Below are positions 11,487-23,670 of a stretch of 32,551 bases of DNA, in pieces. The DNA is from Octopus bimaculoides (taxonomy: Eukaryota). How positions within the stretch are numbered: position 1 is the first letter of the stretch; every line of letters starts with the position of its first letter. The notes beneath the pieces are model-generated. The model did not search any database. It worked only from the letters and a program-made list of their open reading frames with translations, and was not told the DNA's origin. The stretch covers positions 35,057,430 to 35,089,980 of the forward strand of contig NC_069005.1 in assembly GCF_001194135.2 (NCBI RefSeq). Direction: 5' to 3'. A program made the translations under genes and the position numbers.

Positions 11487-11669
11487 NNNNNNNNNNNNNN
11501 NNNNNNNNNNNNNNNNNNNNNNNNNNNNNNNNNNNNNNNNNNNNNNNNNNNNNNNNNNNNNNNNNNNNNNNNNNNNNNNNNNNNNNNNNNNNNNNNNNNN
11601 NNNNNNNNNNNNNNNNNNNNNNNNNNNNNNNNNNNNNNNNNNNNNNNNNNNNNNNNGTGCGTGTGTGCG

Positions 11670-11713
<44 letters not shown>

Positions 11714-12300
11714 CTTACTAACAAACTCCTCGACATTTGTTGGGAATCTAAAGTATCATTCAGTCCCATCACCATCGCCCAGTCATTCATTTGGCTTTGA
11801 AAAGAAGACCAGGTCATTTGTCAACTGAGGAATAAACGAGCTGATATGTTCAGTTTTAATATGGCCACCACTAGAGACAACAACATCTAACATTCTGGCA
11901 GAATTGAAACTGTATTTTGAAAAACTGATTGCAGTTTTCCAGAATTGATGATTCTTTCCAGGTGAAGATAGTTTCACTTCAAATTTGATGCAGTTGAAGA
12001 ATAGGAAAAAGAATCGGTCTAATACGAAATTCATCTCCTGTTAATTAATACTATATATATATAGGTTATGAGCAGTAGTAGTGTCAATTAGACCCAGAGG
12101 TTTCAAGTAATGCTGAGTGCTATGGATAGACCATGGTTAAGCTCTAGTTTCGGGGATTATGCGAATAAAGGGTCCAACGTAGGACATATATCAGCGTGTG
12201 AATATAAGGATTTACTTTTCGTATTTTTCTTTGTGGTTGGATCGTTGATGACCTCTTTCTAGCATATTGGATGTCCACCTAGTGGTCATCCCTTACACAC

Positions 12301-12335
<35 letters not shown>

Positions 12336-12388
12336 AACAAACATACATATGTTGTTTACAGTTTGTGACGTCCTGTACCCATATATGC

Positions 12389-12430
<42 letters not shown>

Positions 12431-12807
12431 ATGTACATGTATGTATATATGCTTACATATATATANNNNNNNNNNNNNNNNNNNNNNNNNNNNNNNNNNN
12501 NNNNNNNNNNNNNNNNNNNNNNNNNNNNNNNNNNNNNNNNNNNNNNNNNNNNNNNNNNNNNNNNNNNNNNNNNNNNNNNNNNNNNNNNNNNNNNNNNNNN
12601 NNNAGAGAGACTATCTAGAGGAAATACGAATTATTGTCCTTTGGTGCTGTCGTACGTCATCACATGTCAACTGCACGGGATTCTCTGTTAGTTGATTTCG
12701 ACATATTTTGGCGTTTAAAATTTCCTGTTTCTTATAGAATTTCCGTAATCTTGAAGTGACTCATCAAATGGTTATTTTGTTCAAGGTTAGCCTAGCGTGT
12801 CACTCAC

Positions 12808-12891
12808 CAAGGATAAGGTGCAGCACAGCACAAAAATGTGGGTGTGTTAGGTCTGGAGAAAAAGGGACTTTGTCTAGCGTTGTTAAGAGCC
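12808..12891 (-). CDS. Candidate internal exon (84 bp, symmetric), unidentified
   Basis: CTCCCGTCTTGTAG| acceptor and strong TG|GTGAGT donor. Two frames open (ALNNARQSPFFSRPNTPTFLCCAAPYP or LLTTLDKVPFSPDLTHPHFCAVLHLIL). Confidence 0.3.
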
Positions 12892-12914
12892 CTACAAGAC
12901 GGGAGTAGGTTTTT

Positions 12915-12930
12915 TAGGTTTATGTAAATA

Positions 12931-12975
<45 letters not shown>

Positions 12976-13135
12976 GCATACACGTAATTACACACACACA
13001 CATACTTATATATGCATACACACATATAGATAAATGCATACATTCACATATATACCTATGTATGTGTGTGTCTATGTATGTATATATATATATATATATA
13101 TATAAATACACACATGCATACATATAAATATATGT
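12915..13135. repeat. Compound TA/TATG/CA array
   Basis: Direct reading. Confidence 0.9.
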
Positions 13136-13416
13136 ATCGAACTTCGATATGGGAAAAACCTACAACCTTCTCCACCAATAAACTATTATTGTTTCCGAAA
13201 GTTGTTGTTTTTTTTATGCCTACCACGGACTACTCGAAGCTTACTAACTTCCTACACTTAGGTTCTTGGATCTTACAATTACTTATCATTATATCTATAC
13301 ACATACACACACACACACACATACACACACATACATATAGATCAAAACAGTTTGATCCATACATGTGACTCCCAATAAATTGGTTGAGTGCCTTTCTTTC
13401 GTTTCTCCACTCACTT

Positions 13417-13459
13417 TGTGTGTGTGTGTGTGTATACACACACACACACACACACACAC

Positions 13460-13491
<32 letters not shown>
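13417..13491. repeat. (TG)8-TATA-(CA)n perfect palindrome (13417-13452) followed by (CA)n and (TA)n
   Basis: Direct reading; 36-bp perfect inverted repeat centred at 13434/13435. Confidence 0.9.
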
Positions 13492-13496
<5 letters not shown>

Positions 13497-13598
13497 TCTG
13501 CCCGAGGCTATAGTAAAAGACACCTGCCCAAGGTGCCACGCAGCGAGACTGAACCCGGAAAATGTGGTTGGAAAGTAAGTTTTTTACCACACAGTCAC
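13492..13598 (-). mobile_element. tRNA-derived CORE-like SINE (family B), 5' head only
   Basis: Reverse complement GTGACTGTGTGGTAAAAACTTACTTTCCAACCACATTTTCCGGGTTCAGTCTCGCTGCGTGGCACCTTGGGCAGGTGTCTTTTACTATAGCCTCGGGCAGACCAA. It has an A-box-like TGTGTGGTAA, a B-box-like GGGTTCAGTC and a CORE-type CCTTGGGCAGGTG. Confidence 0.85.
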
Positions 13599-13949
13599 TG
13601 CTGTGTCTATAAGTGTGTGTGTGTGTGTGTTTGTGTGCGTGTGTGTGTGTGTTTGTGCGTGTAGATGTATGTGTGTGTGTGTGTGTGTCAGTGTGTCTTT
13701 CCGTTTAAATTGCTCACATTATGATGTTGGGAGTGGAAATATATTTAAAGTGAGGCTTTCATTTTCGTTTGTCAACAGTTTGATCCACATGACCAACACT
13801 GACTAAATACTTCACAGAATGTACTCGATGACCTTAATTATGTCAATTAACAAACAAACATTGCTCATAATGGCTTCATATTTTGCATTTGGGAAGTGGA
13901 GACCAGTCATAGAACGTCTGCTGGGAAGGTCTTTAAATGATCACCGGAC

Positions 13950-14030
13950 CTACTAGAAGTAGCAGCCAAAATCTCCATCAATCACCTGCTTTGTCACCTT
14001 ACAAAAAATGTCACATTGGATAATTTAGTC
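13950..14030 (+). repeat. Unclassified interspersed repeat fragment (copy 1)
   Basis: TAGAAGTAGCAGCCAAAATCTCCATCAATCAC shares about 35 bp with 15330-15366. Confidence 0.6.
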
Positions 14031-14178
14031 CTTGGTAGTCTGTGCTCGAATGAAAGATGAACTGGTTATATATGGCGTGTCTTTAATCTTTAATGATACG
14101 AATCCTGAACAACGCAGCCAACCTCACATCGAACAGCAAACACCTCCATCCAGATATTTGAGTACCTTATTACTTTTC

Positions 14179-14260
<82 letters not shown>

Positions 14261-15329
14261 ATATGCATACTATTTGTGATACATTCTACATACCCATAGG
14301 CAAGAGACGCAAATTATCACGCTCTAGATATACTAGACATAAATGTATTAAGATAGCTGGGTAACGCTGTTAGTAGAATGTTTAGGGGGAGAGGGGGGTA
14401 AGAGAAACTACAATAAAAATTAAATTAAATAAAAGGTAGTCGGGTACAAAAGGGTTTAATTCTTTTAAAAACAGGTTGATGGATATCAAAAGATTTTAAA
14501 AACTTCACGGATATAATAGCGTTAAAGGTTTAAGGATTTCTATTTGTAGAGAGGCAGGTAAATAAATAAATGGGCAGACAGGCAGATTGGTGATTCTATA
14601 ACTAGATAGGCAGACAGACAGATCGATAGATCAATAGAAAGATAGATAGTTTACCCCTCCATGTTATGTATGAACTGAAGTGAACCTTGCTGCTGGGTGT
14701 TGTAGCTTGTTTAGGGAGCACTTTCGAATCGATAATTCTTCGTCGATCTTTTCTTAATCCTTATTTTCTGTTCTTTCTTGTTGGAGATTAGTTTTTCGCT
14801 CATTCATGATTAAAGATCCTGGAAGCAGTAGACGTGTTTCCAAGCACCCAGCTTAGGTTAGGGGTTTGCTTCCTAATAAAGTGTACCTCTATTGTTTTAC
14901 TTTTATTTTATTTTATTTTTATTCTCATCTTCCTCCTACTAATGCAGTTGCCTTGTTGTTATACTAAAATCTACCCACGTTGCCTGAGACACGCCAACAC
15001 ATTAACCACACATAATATACGTTGCATGCTATAAATGCACACACAATGTGTATAAATTGGTGTGGTGTTTGTACGTAAGAGACAAGGAACATTCAACATA
15101 ATGTTCGTATAATATAACCGATTCAACATTTTTGAATGAAAATGGAAGTCAGTTGGACTTGCTCGAACATCGACCTTGTGTTCCTGATGAGTCAATTCCA
15201 TAATTATGACGTAAAACTCCGAAACGATTCGTAATATTCCATGTCACTTCATATAAAAGTGTGTAAACACACATATTAGATATGATATACGAGCCAATGA
15301 GTGAACCTATATGTGCTCACTTGCCCTCG

Positions 15330-15366
15330 TAGAAATAGCAGCCAAATTTCCCTCCAATTACAACAC
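15330..15366 (+). repeat. Unclassified interspersed repeat fragment (copy 2)
   Basis: TAGAAATAGCAGCCAAATTTCCCTCCAATTACAACAC; similar to 13950-13985. Confidence 0.6.
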
Positions 15367-15499
15367 TTTAATGACTACATAATTCAAGAAGCGAGTCGTA
15401 AATACAAAATGTATGATTAAAAGATGAGATAGTCACAACTCGAACATCTTTGATCTTCATTCTGGAGGATCAGAGCCAAGATGAGCCTAGGCGCCAACG

Positions 15500-15695
15500 A
15501 CAAGAATATTATCCTCCTCGTCCTCCTATTCGTCTTCTTCTTCCTCCTTTTTCTTATCCTTCTCATCCTTATCATCATCATTATCCAAATGAACACCCAC
15601 GAAAAGAAAAGAAACATCGTCATCAACAACGACACCGGCCAGCCGCAGCAGCAGCAGCCGCAGCAGCAGCAGCAACATTAACAACAACATTGAAA
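15500..15695 (+). repeat. Low-complexity CCT/CTT/CAT then (GCA)n tract
   Basis: Direct reading; includes a 15-bp unit GCCGCAGCAGCAGCA repeated twice. Confidence 0.8.
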
Positions 15696-16946
15696 TATAG
15701 ATCAGAGCCGAGAAGTGACATAATCAGTGAGACGAAGGTCGACAGTCAGAAATACACACAACAATGCGAGAAATTTTGATTACAGGCGCTCCTAAAGGTG
15801 GAGTGACGGTCATATTGTAAGAAAAATAGGGAGTAAAATTGTTCCCTTCGTTACAGTTAAAGAATGGATTCTGTAGAGTAGGTGGAACGGTGGCGACGGT
15901 GGTGGCGACGGTGGTGGTGATGGTGGTGGTGTTGATAGAGATGGTAGTGTTGGTGATGGTGATGGTGGCAACAATGACGGTGATGATGACTATGATGATG
16001 ATGATAATGATGATGATGTGACATTCTTCGAAAATTTTATTTTATTGATATTTTGGAAAATGAATATTTGTAAATAAAAGCAAAATTCAAAAAATTAAAA
16101 CGTATTGAAAATTGGTTTAAAATAGTTAATTATTGATATATTAGTTCTTTATATCATTGATATCTGGCAGTAAATAATATTGATTTATATTATTGATTTC
16201 TGTAATCAATTTTTGTTTATAAGATATTTCTTAATAAGTTATCAATTTCTTCGATTATTAATTGAACTTCAAAAATGGAACATTATGAAAAAATGTTTAC
16301 CTCTCCGATTGCCATTAGGAATCTTGCTTAGTGGATGTGTACATAGTAACGCATCGGATTCGAACCTGGAACTATAATTGCCAAAGTGCAAGATATAATT
16401 CTTATGTACAATACCACTGACGTTCAATGTACGTTGGATTCTTAAGTTGTTTCATTATATTTTCCAGTGAAGGACACCATATTAATTTCGCGACAACGTT
16501 AAGGTTAGTGACTGAGGTTTTCTTCTGTTCAGCGTTAAAAAAGGAATTATCAGCCGTTTATAATATCACACAAAGGCGCAATTTTCACCAAGACCTCAAC
16601 TTCTAAAGAAGAAATAGGTTAGAATCCATTCCTGAACTACAGACAACCAAGAAGTAACGTAAGGACCGACGACTACTGCCAAAGTTGAGGCTGAGCAAAA
16701 CTCCACTATGTGACATCTAAGTGGTTATTCCAAGAAAAGACAACTCGATAAATGGGTCCAATAATAATAACGCATTTTGTAAATTCCTGCCAAAAGTTAG
16801 TCCAGAGTGGTTAGAACACCAGAATAACATCTCAAAACATTCGCAGAAATTTTGATAAAGATGAGACAGAAAAACGCTAAATTCCAATACAGACAAGCTT
16901 CTGAAAGTATTAGCTGAACGAGAAACAAAGTTATTTTGAATGTGGC

Positions 16947-16998
16947 TATCATCATCATCATCATCATCATCATCATTATTATTATTATTATTATTATT
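16947..16998 (+). repeat. (ATC)n-(ATT)n compound microsatellite
   Basis: Direct reading. Confidence 0.95.
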
Positions 16999-17383
16999 CA
17001 GTCGTCTTATTTTTTCACGTACTTTCACTACACTACCGAGGCGCAGTTCTGTGTGCCTTGGGTATGTGCTGTAGTTTGTTGTAGTGTCGATGTCCCCAGA
17101 CGATGAAGTAGACTAGCCCAATACGTAGATGTAGAGGGAGAAGTCGAGACGTCGAAGTAGTTGAGTAGAGGTCATCCGAACGTGCGATATAACAGTTGTG
17201 CTGCTCTTATTTTCACTGTATTGAAAGTGTTTTACGCAAGAGTGTAAGGAATTACGGGCCAAAGCACCTACCTGAATGGGCTTTCTTCATATATATATAT
17301 ATATATATATACATAGTTGAAATTTACAGAAAAACAAAAGACGAAAACAAGTGTATTAGTTTAACGCTCGGGGAGGTGAGAAA

Positions 17384-17424
17384 GTCTTTTACGTTTCGAG
17401 CCGACGCTCTTCAACAGAAAAGAA
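17384..17424 (-). ncRNA. Minimal type I hammerhead-ribozyme-like motif (Penelope-like-element type), variant core
   Basis: Reverse complement TCTTTT-CTGTTGA-A-GAGC-GTCG-GCTC-GAAAC-GTA-AAAGAC. Helix II is GAGC/GCTC with a tetraloop, helix III is palindromic ACGT, the cleavage triplet is GUA, and helix I is UUUU/AAAG. The core has U at the normally invariant A6. Confidence 0.55.
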
Positions 17425-18619
17425 CACGAGGAAATACACAGAGAGAGAATAGATATCAAACTAATGATCTTACATTCAGGTATACACGTTGCAATGTGCC
17501 GTTTAAAGCCCGTTCACAGTATCTGGCTACCTGACGTTATCAGCAGTGTGGAGGTATATCCCACTGGATTTACTTCAGGAATTCTTGTGAGACAGTTTAT
17601 GAAAATATNNNNNNNNNNNNNNNNNNNNNNNNNNNNNNNNNNNNNNNNNNNNNNNNNNNNNNNNNNNNNNNNNNNNNNNNNNNNNNNNNNNNNNNNNNNN
17701 NNNNNNNNNNNNNNNNNNNNNNNNNNNNNNNNNNNNNNNNNNNNNNNNNNNNNNNNNNNNNNNNNNNNNNNNNNNNNNNNNNNNNNNNNNNNNNNNNNNN
17801 NNNNNNNNNNNNNNNNNNNNNNNNNNNNNNNNNNNNNNNNNNNNNNNNNNNNNNNNNNNNNNNNNNNNNNNNNNNNNNNNNNNNNNNNNNNNNNNNNNNN
17901 NNNNNNNNNNNNNNNNNNNNNNNNNNNNNNNNNNNNNNNNNNNNNNNNNNNNNNNNNNNNNNNNNNNNNNNNNNNNNNNNNNNNNNNNNNNNNNNNNNNN
18001 NNNNNNNNNNNNNNNNNNNNNNNNNNNNNNNNNNNNNNNNNNNNNNNNNNNNNNNNNNNNNNNNNNNNNNNNNNNNNNNNNNNNNNNNNNNNNNNNNNNN
18101 NNNNNNNNNNNNNNNNNNNNNNNNNNNNNNNNNNNNNNNNNNNCCTGCTTACCTGTCTGTCTGTCTTTCTGCATCTATATATCTGTCTGTCTGTCACTTT
18201 CTCTCTCTCTCTCTTCCTCCCTCCCTTGATGTAGTAGGGTCACTTACTGCACTAACTAAATGGGAAATACTCTCTGAGTAGTTGAAGCGATCGATAAAAA
18301 CGATGTTTTCTGAGAATCCCGGCATGATCCCCCCCCCCATGAAGTCTCTGTCGATGATTTTTGATATTAAAAGGGAGATAATCTGTGAAAGTTATTGACC
18401 AAACGGTTATGGACACGTGACCACTATGCCGTCTACTTAGCGAAGCCGCCTTGGAATTTACACTGAACAGAGTTGGCGGATTGATGATGCCAGTTTAATA
18501 ATGTAGACACATTGCAGACAATCAACATACAGAGATATGGAGAGATGGACGTACAGACAGACAGAACCAGCTGACTCAAACAAAAATGAATCAGATATAC
18601 TACCCCTGATTGGTATCTA

Positions 18620-18679
18620 TGCACACACAAACACACATATATCTACATAAATACACACACACACACACACACATATATA

Positions 18680-18714
<35 letters not shown>

Positions 18715-18805
18715 GCATATACATATATATGTGCATATATATTCAATCATATATATACATTTATACACACGTATACATATTCATATGTATATATATGTTT
18801 ATATA

Positions 18806-18868
<63 letters not shown>

Positions 18869-18928
18869 GTACATATACACACATATATATATACATTCTT
18901 ATATACACATATGTATATATATATATCT
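18620..18928. repeat. Compound CA/TA/TACA array with long (TA)n
   Basis: Direct reading. Confidence 0.9.
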
Positions 18929-18929
18929 G

Positions 18930-19240
18930 TCATCCTTCTATTACTATGCCACCCTCTTCGTCGCACCCCTCTGCCCCACCCCCGTCTCTCCACCACAATG
19001 CTTCCTATTAATCTCTCTTATAGAGATAGGCCTTTGGATCTGAAGATGAAAATGTTTTCATCTCGCCACCACCACCACCACCCCCAACGCCTCCTCACTC
19101 TTTCTCTCTTTGTCTCCTCTCTCGTTTTGCTTAATTGCCTGTCACTACCACCCTACACACTCCCCCTTTCTCCTCACGCTCATCCCTCTTTTTCCCTTAT
19201 CTCACTTCCACCCCCACCCGCTCCATCCCCTGCAGCCACA
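18930..19240 (+). repeat. Pyrimidine-rich (C/T) low-complexity tract
   Basis: Direct reading; similar tracts at 31340-31420 and the purine-rich 31700-31900. Confidence 0.75.
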
Positions 19241-19246
19241 TAAAAG

Positions 19247-19298
<52 letters not shown>

Positions 19299-19674
19299 TA
19301 CTGACACGTGCACTTGCATATGCACGCGTGCATAAATACAATCTCAAACACATACATACACATATGCATGAAAGATGCATATATTTATATACACACACAT
19401 ACATGCACACATATACACACGCATACTTATAGATATACGCACACATAATGTACGTCATTGCACTGTTTTTTCAAACATTATACAGTGGCGCCCTCTTGTC
19501 CAACGATAAGGACGATGATATGTCACTGCCACCCCCACGTCCGACCGCACTGGCACAAAAAGGTCCCTGAACACACACACACACTCACACTCATTCAAAC
19601 ACACACAAGTACGCACGGGCCAACACGTGCCCGGTGGATTATAAATTGTCTTTTGCGTGTAATTAGTGCAACTT

Positions 19675-19716
<42 letters not shown>

Positions 19717-20106
19717 GCGTGTGTGCGTGCGTGTGTGTATACACATACATATACAGAGACATATACATTGATGTAGACATATATACAAATATTTATAGAC
19801 ATCTCTCTCTCCCTCTCTCTCTCTCTTTATATATACATATGTATATAATGTATATATACATATATACATGTATATATATGTGTATATATGTATATATATA
19901 TGTGTGTGTGTACAAATGTTTGAATGCATGTGTGTGTGTAACATAAATCAAAACTGACCCCTAAAAGAGAATCCCTACACATGGAGGGTGAGGGGGGGAT
20001 TGATAAACAAAAACTGGAAAGAGTGGAGATAATTGCCTAAAGATAACATAATGTTTGTTTTGAAGGGTGTGTGTCGATATACATACATACATATATATAT
20101 ATATTA

Positions 20107-20162
<56 letters not shown>

Positions 20163-20557
20163 TAACTTGTATTTATTATGTGTGAATACCAGTCGCCGTG
20201 AGGGAATACCAGTTATATACTGCAGCACGATCATGTGCTCTTGTTGCATTGTGTTGCCATTGCATAAAGATTCGTCTTCAATACCCCATCTGTAACTTGA
20301 CCGAATTCTGGGGTTTTGCATTCCCTTTTGCGACAGTCACATTCCTGGCCATAAATCCTGTTAATTACCCTCCTGGGTCCTTCATCATGGCTTATAAGTC
20401 AATATATTTATTTTTGTTGCTACATTATGGAAAGTGAGAGATGTTAAGCTTACATTTGGCATCTCGTAATTCCTCTGGAGGAAAGGTATGAGAGTCACCA
20501 CTTCCCAAAGGAGAAATGTCAGTCATAATTGTTTGTTTCCTCACCCTTTCATGATAT

Positions 20558-20771
20558 GGTGGAGATCAGAAACGTTAGCACGCCAGGGGAATTGCTTAGC
20601 GGTATTTCGTCTGTCTTTATGTTCTGAGTTCAAATTCCGCTGAGGCCAGCTTTGCCTTTCATCCTTTCGGTGTCGATAAATTAAGTACCAGTTGCGTACT
20701 GGGGTCGATCTAATCAACTGGCCTCCTCCTCAAAAATTTCCGGCCTTGCGCCTACAATAGAAAAGACTATT
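20558..20771 (+). mobile_element. SINE family A, near full length
   Basis: CAGAAACGTTAGCACGCC...GTTCTGAGTTCAAATTCCGCTGAGG...GCCTTTCATCCTTTCGGTGTCGATAAATTAAGTACCAGTT...GGCCTTGCGCCTACAATAGAAAAG. Confidence 0.92.
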
Positions 20772-20787
20772 TTTGTATTTTAAGATT

Positions 20788-20912
20788 GCGAGCTGGCAGA
20801 AGTGTTAGCACGCCGGACGAAATGCTTAATGGTATTTCGCCCGTCACTACGTTCTGAGTTCAAATTTCGCTGAGGTCGACTTTGCCTTTCATCCTTTCGG
20901 GGTCGATAAATA
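20788..20912 (+). mobile_element. SINE family A, 3'-truncated, head-to-tail behind the previous copy
   Basis: GCGAGCTGGCAGAAGTGTTAGCACGCCGGACGAAATGC...GAGTTCAAATTTCGCTGAGGTCGACTTTGCCTTTCATCCTTTCGGGGTCGATAAAT. Confidence 0.92.
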
Positions 20913-20970
20913 CATGACTGCTCTATGCTTTCAAGTGTGCTTCTTTTGTCGGATATATGATACACTGACG

Positions 20971-21040
<70 letters not shown>

Positions 21041-21334
21041 CCAAACTTATCCTTTTGATTATATATTTAACTTTGCCTTCTATGTTTTCGATGTCTATAA
21101 AATATAGTATCAGTCATATACGGGGGACGGTTTACTCGACTCAACCCCCCCCCGCCATCTCTCTTAGAGATTATCTGACTGTTTCGGCTGTTGTTGTGAT
21201 TGTTGTCGTGGTAGTAGTTGTGTGGTGAATATTCTGATAGTCGTTATTGTTGTTGTTTATGCTGTGGTAACTTTGATGATGCTGGTGGCGATGGTGCAGC
21301 TAACGGTGGTCGGTGTTACATTTAAATAACCTGT

Positions 21335-21358
21335 GGGAGGGAGTGACGGGGGTGGGGG
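21335..21358 (+). other. G-quadruplex consensus motif
   Basis: GGG-A-GGG-AGTGAC-GGGGG-T-GGGGG; sequence pattern only. Confidence 0.5.
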
Positions 21359-21526
21359 TGAGAGAGGAGTTGTGTAATGGATCAGCAATAAACTTTGATG
21401 GCAGAAACAGACAAAACATTAACATGTAACTTGATTATTATTGCTGTAATTAAGAATAGCGCATGCGCAAACAATTGCTACATATACCACTCACCTAACT
21501 ATATCAAATATACACCAGATTCGACC

Positions 21527-21568
<42 letters not shown>

Positions 21569-22566
21569 TACAAAGTATGTATAAATGTGTTGCAAACAAT
21601 GTGTTATATATATATATATATATATATATGTCTGTGTGTGTATATTTATGTGTGTGTGTATGTATATGTGTGTGTGCTTTTGCGTGTCACCATACACACA
21701 GGATTTGTGAATGGGGAGATATATTTTCATCTCGGAATCGGAAGATGTGAATAAGTGTATGTGTGTGTGTGTGCACGCGCGCACACACATACACAATATA
21801 TATATTGTATATATGAAATACTGAATGTGTGTGTATGTATGTGTGATTGTTACATGTATGTGTGACTGTTACATGCATGTGTGTATACATTTATTGTTGA
21901 AGAGAGAGGTATTTATGAGAGATGGATGTGGCGTATGTCGTCTGATTTCTTCAGTTGGTATCGTCTGTTGCTGACGATTCACGACCACCATATTGCAATA
22001 CGGCGTCTGTCGGCTGGACTGTTTGAGTGAGCTGGAAATAATAGCACACATTACATACACCCATACACACTCAAACACACACATTTACACTCATTCACAC
22101 ACACATACCTGCACCACTGCATATATACATAAACCCACACACGCATAGCCACATAAACGTACACACCTAATAAGAATTGATCGTCTTTTTTTATCAATGT
22201 AGAAAACATAACAACCTAAGAAGAAGCATATATATATATACATATATGCATCCATACATACATATATACGCACTCACACTCACGCACAAGCGCACTCACG
22301 TACACACACACATTAATATATAATTTTGTCATAAGGATTCATAAGAATCAGGGCACATGAACTCGCAGGACGCCAAAAATGGCTAGTTACAATAACAGAG
22401 CTCACGGTGAAAGAAACAGCATTGAAGACATACCATAGATATGTAAGTACCAAATCCAATTTAAAACATAGATCCAACTCAGCGGTTGGTCCTTCTTGTG
22501 GCGTAGGCATAACAAGTAAACACAAGCGACGGTGTTTAAATTTACAACAGCTGTTTCGATTGAATT

Positions 22567-22800
22567 TTATTTATTTAATGTCGTCATAAAAGATTGCGCC
22601 ATGATATATAATCCACCATCATCAGGTAAGGGACTACGAAGAAGGAGCTAGCAAATTCAGAAGTTGTCGACTGACAAAGAGCTGAAAGGACAATGCCATA
22701 GACGAAAAGAAAGACGACGATGGTAGCGAGTTCCAGAGAACAGCAGTTTGAGCAAAGAAGCAATCAGAATGAAAGGACTTACGACAAACTTCTCTTTTAA
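22567..22800 (-). mobile_element. 5'-truncated LINE (CR1/L2/Jockey group), ORF2 C-terminus plus short 3' UTR
   Basis: Minus-strand peptide CRKSFHSDCFFAQTAVLWNSLPSSSFFSSMALSFQLFVSRQL matches the conserved terminus FF.RT..LWNSLP...F.....L..FK..V.R.L. An A-rich TAAATAAATAAAA tail lies at about 22567-22579. Confidence 0.75.
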
Positions 22801-23129
22801 TAATTTTAAATTTTTTGCAAAGATGTCTCACTCTTTTTACTTGAAATTCACAATCAGCTGATGATAATAATGTGAAAATACAGCGTCTAAACGTGTTAGA
22901 TTTCCTATTTCTTCTTCGCTATCATTTTCGTTTTATCATGGTGTGATAAACAAGCGTACACTCTTCTTAGTTACAGTTTCATTTGGTACCGATGGACAGT
23001 GAGTCGTACAACACCCTATTATTTCCGTAAAATGCATCATAAAACTTGTAAACAGAGGAGAAATGTTTGATAAAGAAACTTTGGTACTTCTTTGCACTTC
23101 TGTCTGTCTGTCCTTTGTCTCTCTCTCTG

Positions 23130-23188
<59 letters not shown>

Positions 23189-23597
23189 TAGATTAAAGCA
23201 GATTGTATTTATTTTCCTTTACTCTTGAATTAAGATGTTCTATGTGAAGAAATTTGATATATTCCGCAAAGCTGCCAGGTTTATTAGTGTTGCAGCTCAT
23301 TCGGAGACTTCTTTATCAGCAACACTGTCTGCTATTCTCCTACTTAGGTTTGCAGCCAATTTTTTCAAAAACGGTCGACGAATAATGTAAGGATTTACCT
23401 AGCGTACCAACTTCCCTGTTGGTGTAAATTAGGGCCCGCTATCTCTTAGTAGACAACACAAAGTGGTTTCCTAAAAGTTTATGATCGATGGAAATGTGAA
23501 GGTCAAATTATTGGGATATTGCAATGACATAATTTCTTAGCTTATCAGCAGACTACATAAAGAGTGCGGTAAGAGATTTACTTGGAATGTACTTAGA

Positions 23598-23599
<2 letters not shown>

Positions 23600-23664
<65 letters not shown>

Positions 23665-23670
23665 GCACAC
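23600..23670 (+). repeat. (CA)n microsatellite
   Basis: Direct reading. Confidence 0.95.

Noticed and set aside
15184-15240. Hammerhead-like CTGATGA...GAAAC-GATTC-GTA on the + strand
   Set aside because: The core boxes and a 3-bp helix III are present, but helix I does not pair and helix II is ambiguous; at best a decayed remnant.
15450-15779. 109-aa ORF with poly-His/Pro/Ala
   Set aside because: Built from CCT/CAT/GCA low-complexity repeats, starts at a non-ATG codon, and has no recognisable domain.
16310-16380. Perfect B-box GGTTCGAATCC on the - strand (possible tRNA), also a splice-bounded 65/71-bp segment
   Set aside because: No cloverleaf or A-box at proper spacing. As an exon it has only one open frame and no support.
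19478-19562. Plus-strand segment encoding GALLSNDKDDDMSLPPPRPTALAQK
   Set aside because: Weak donor (GTCCCT), several frames open on both strands, and no partner exons.
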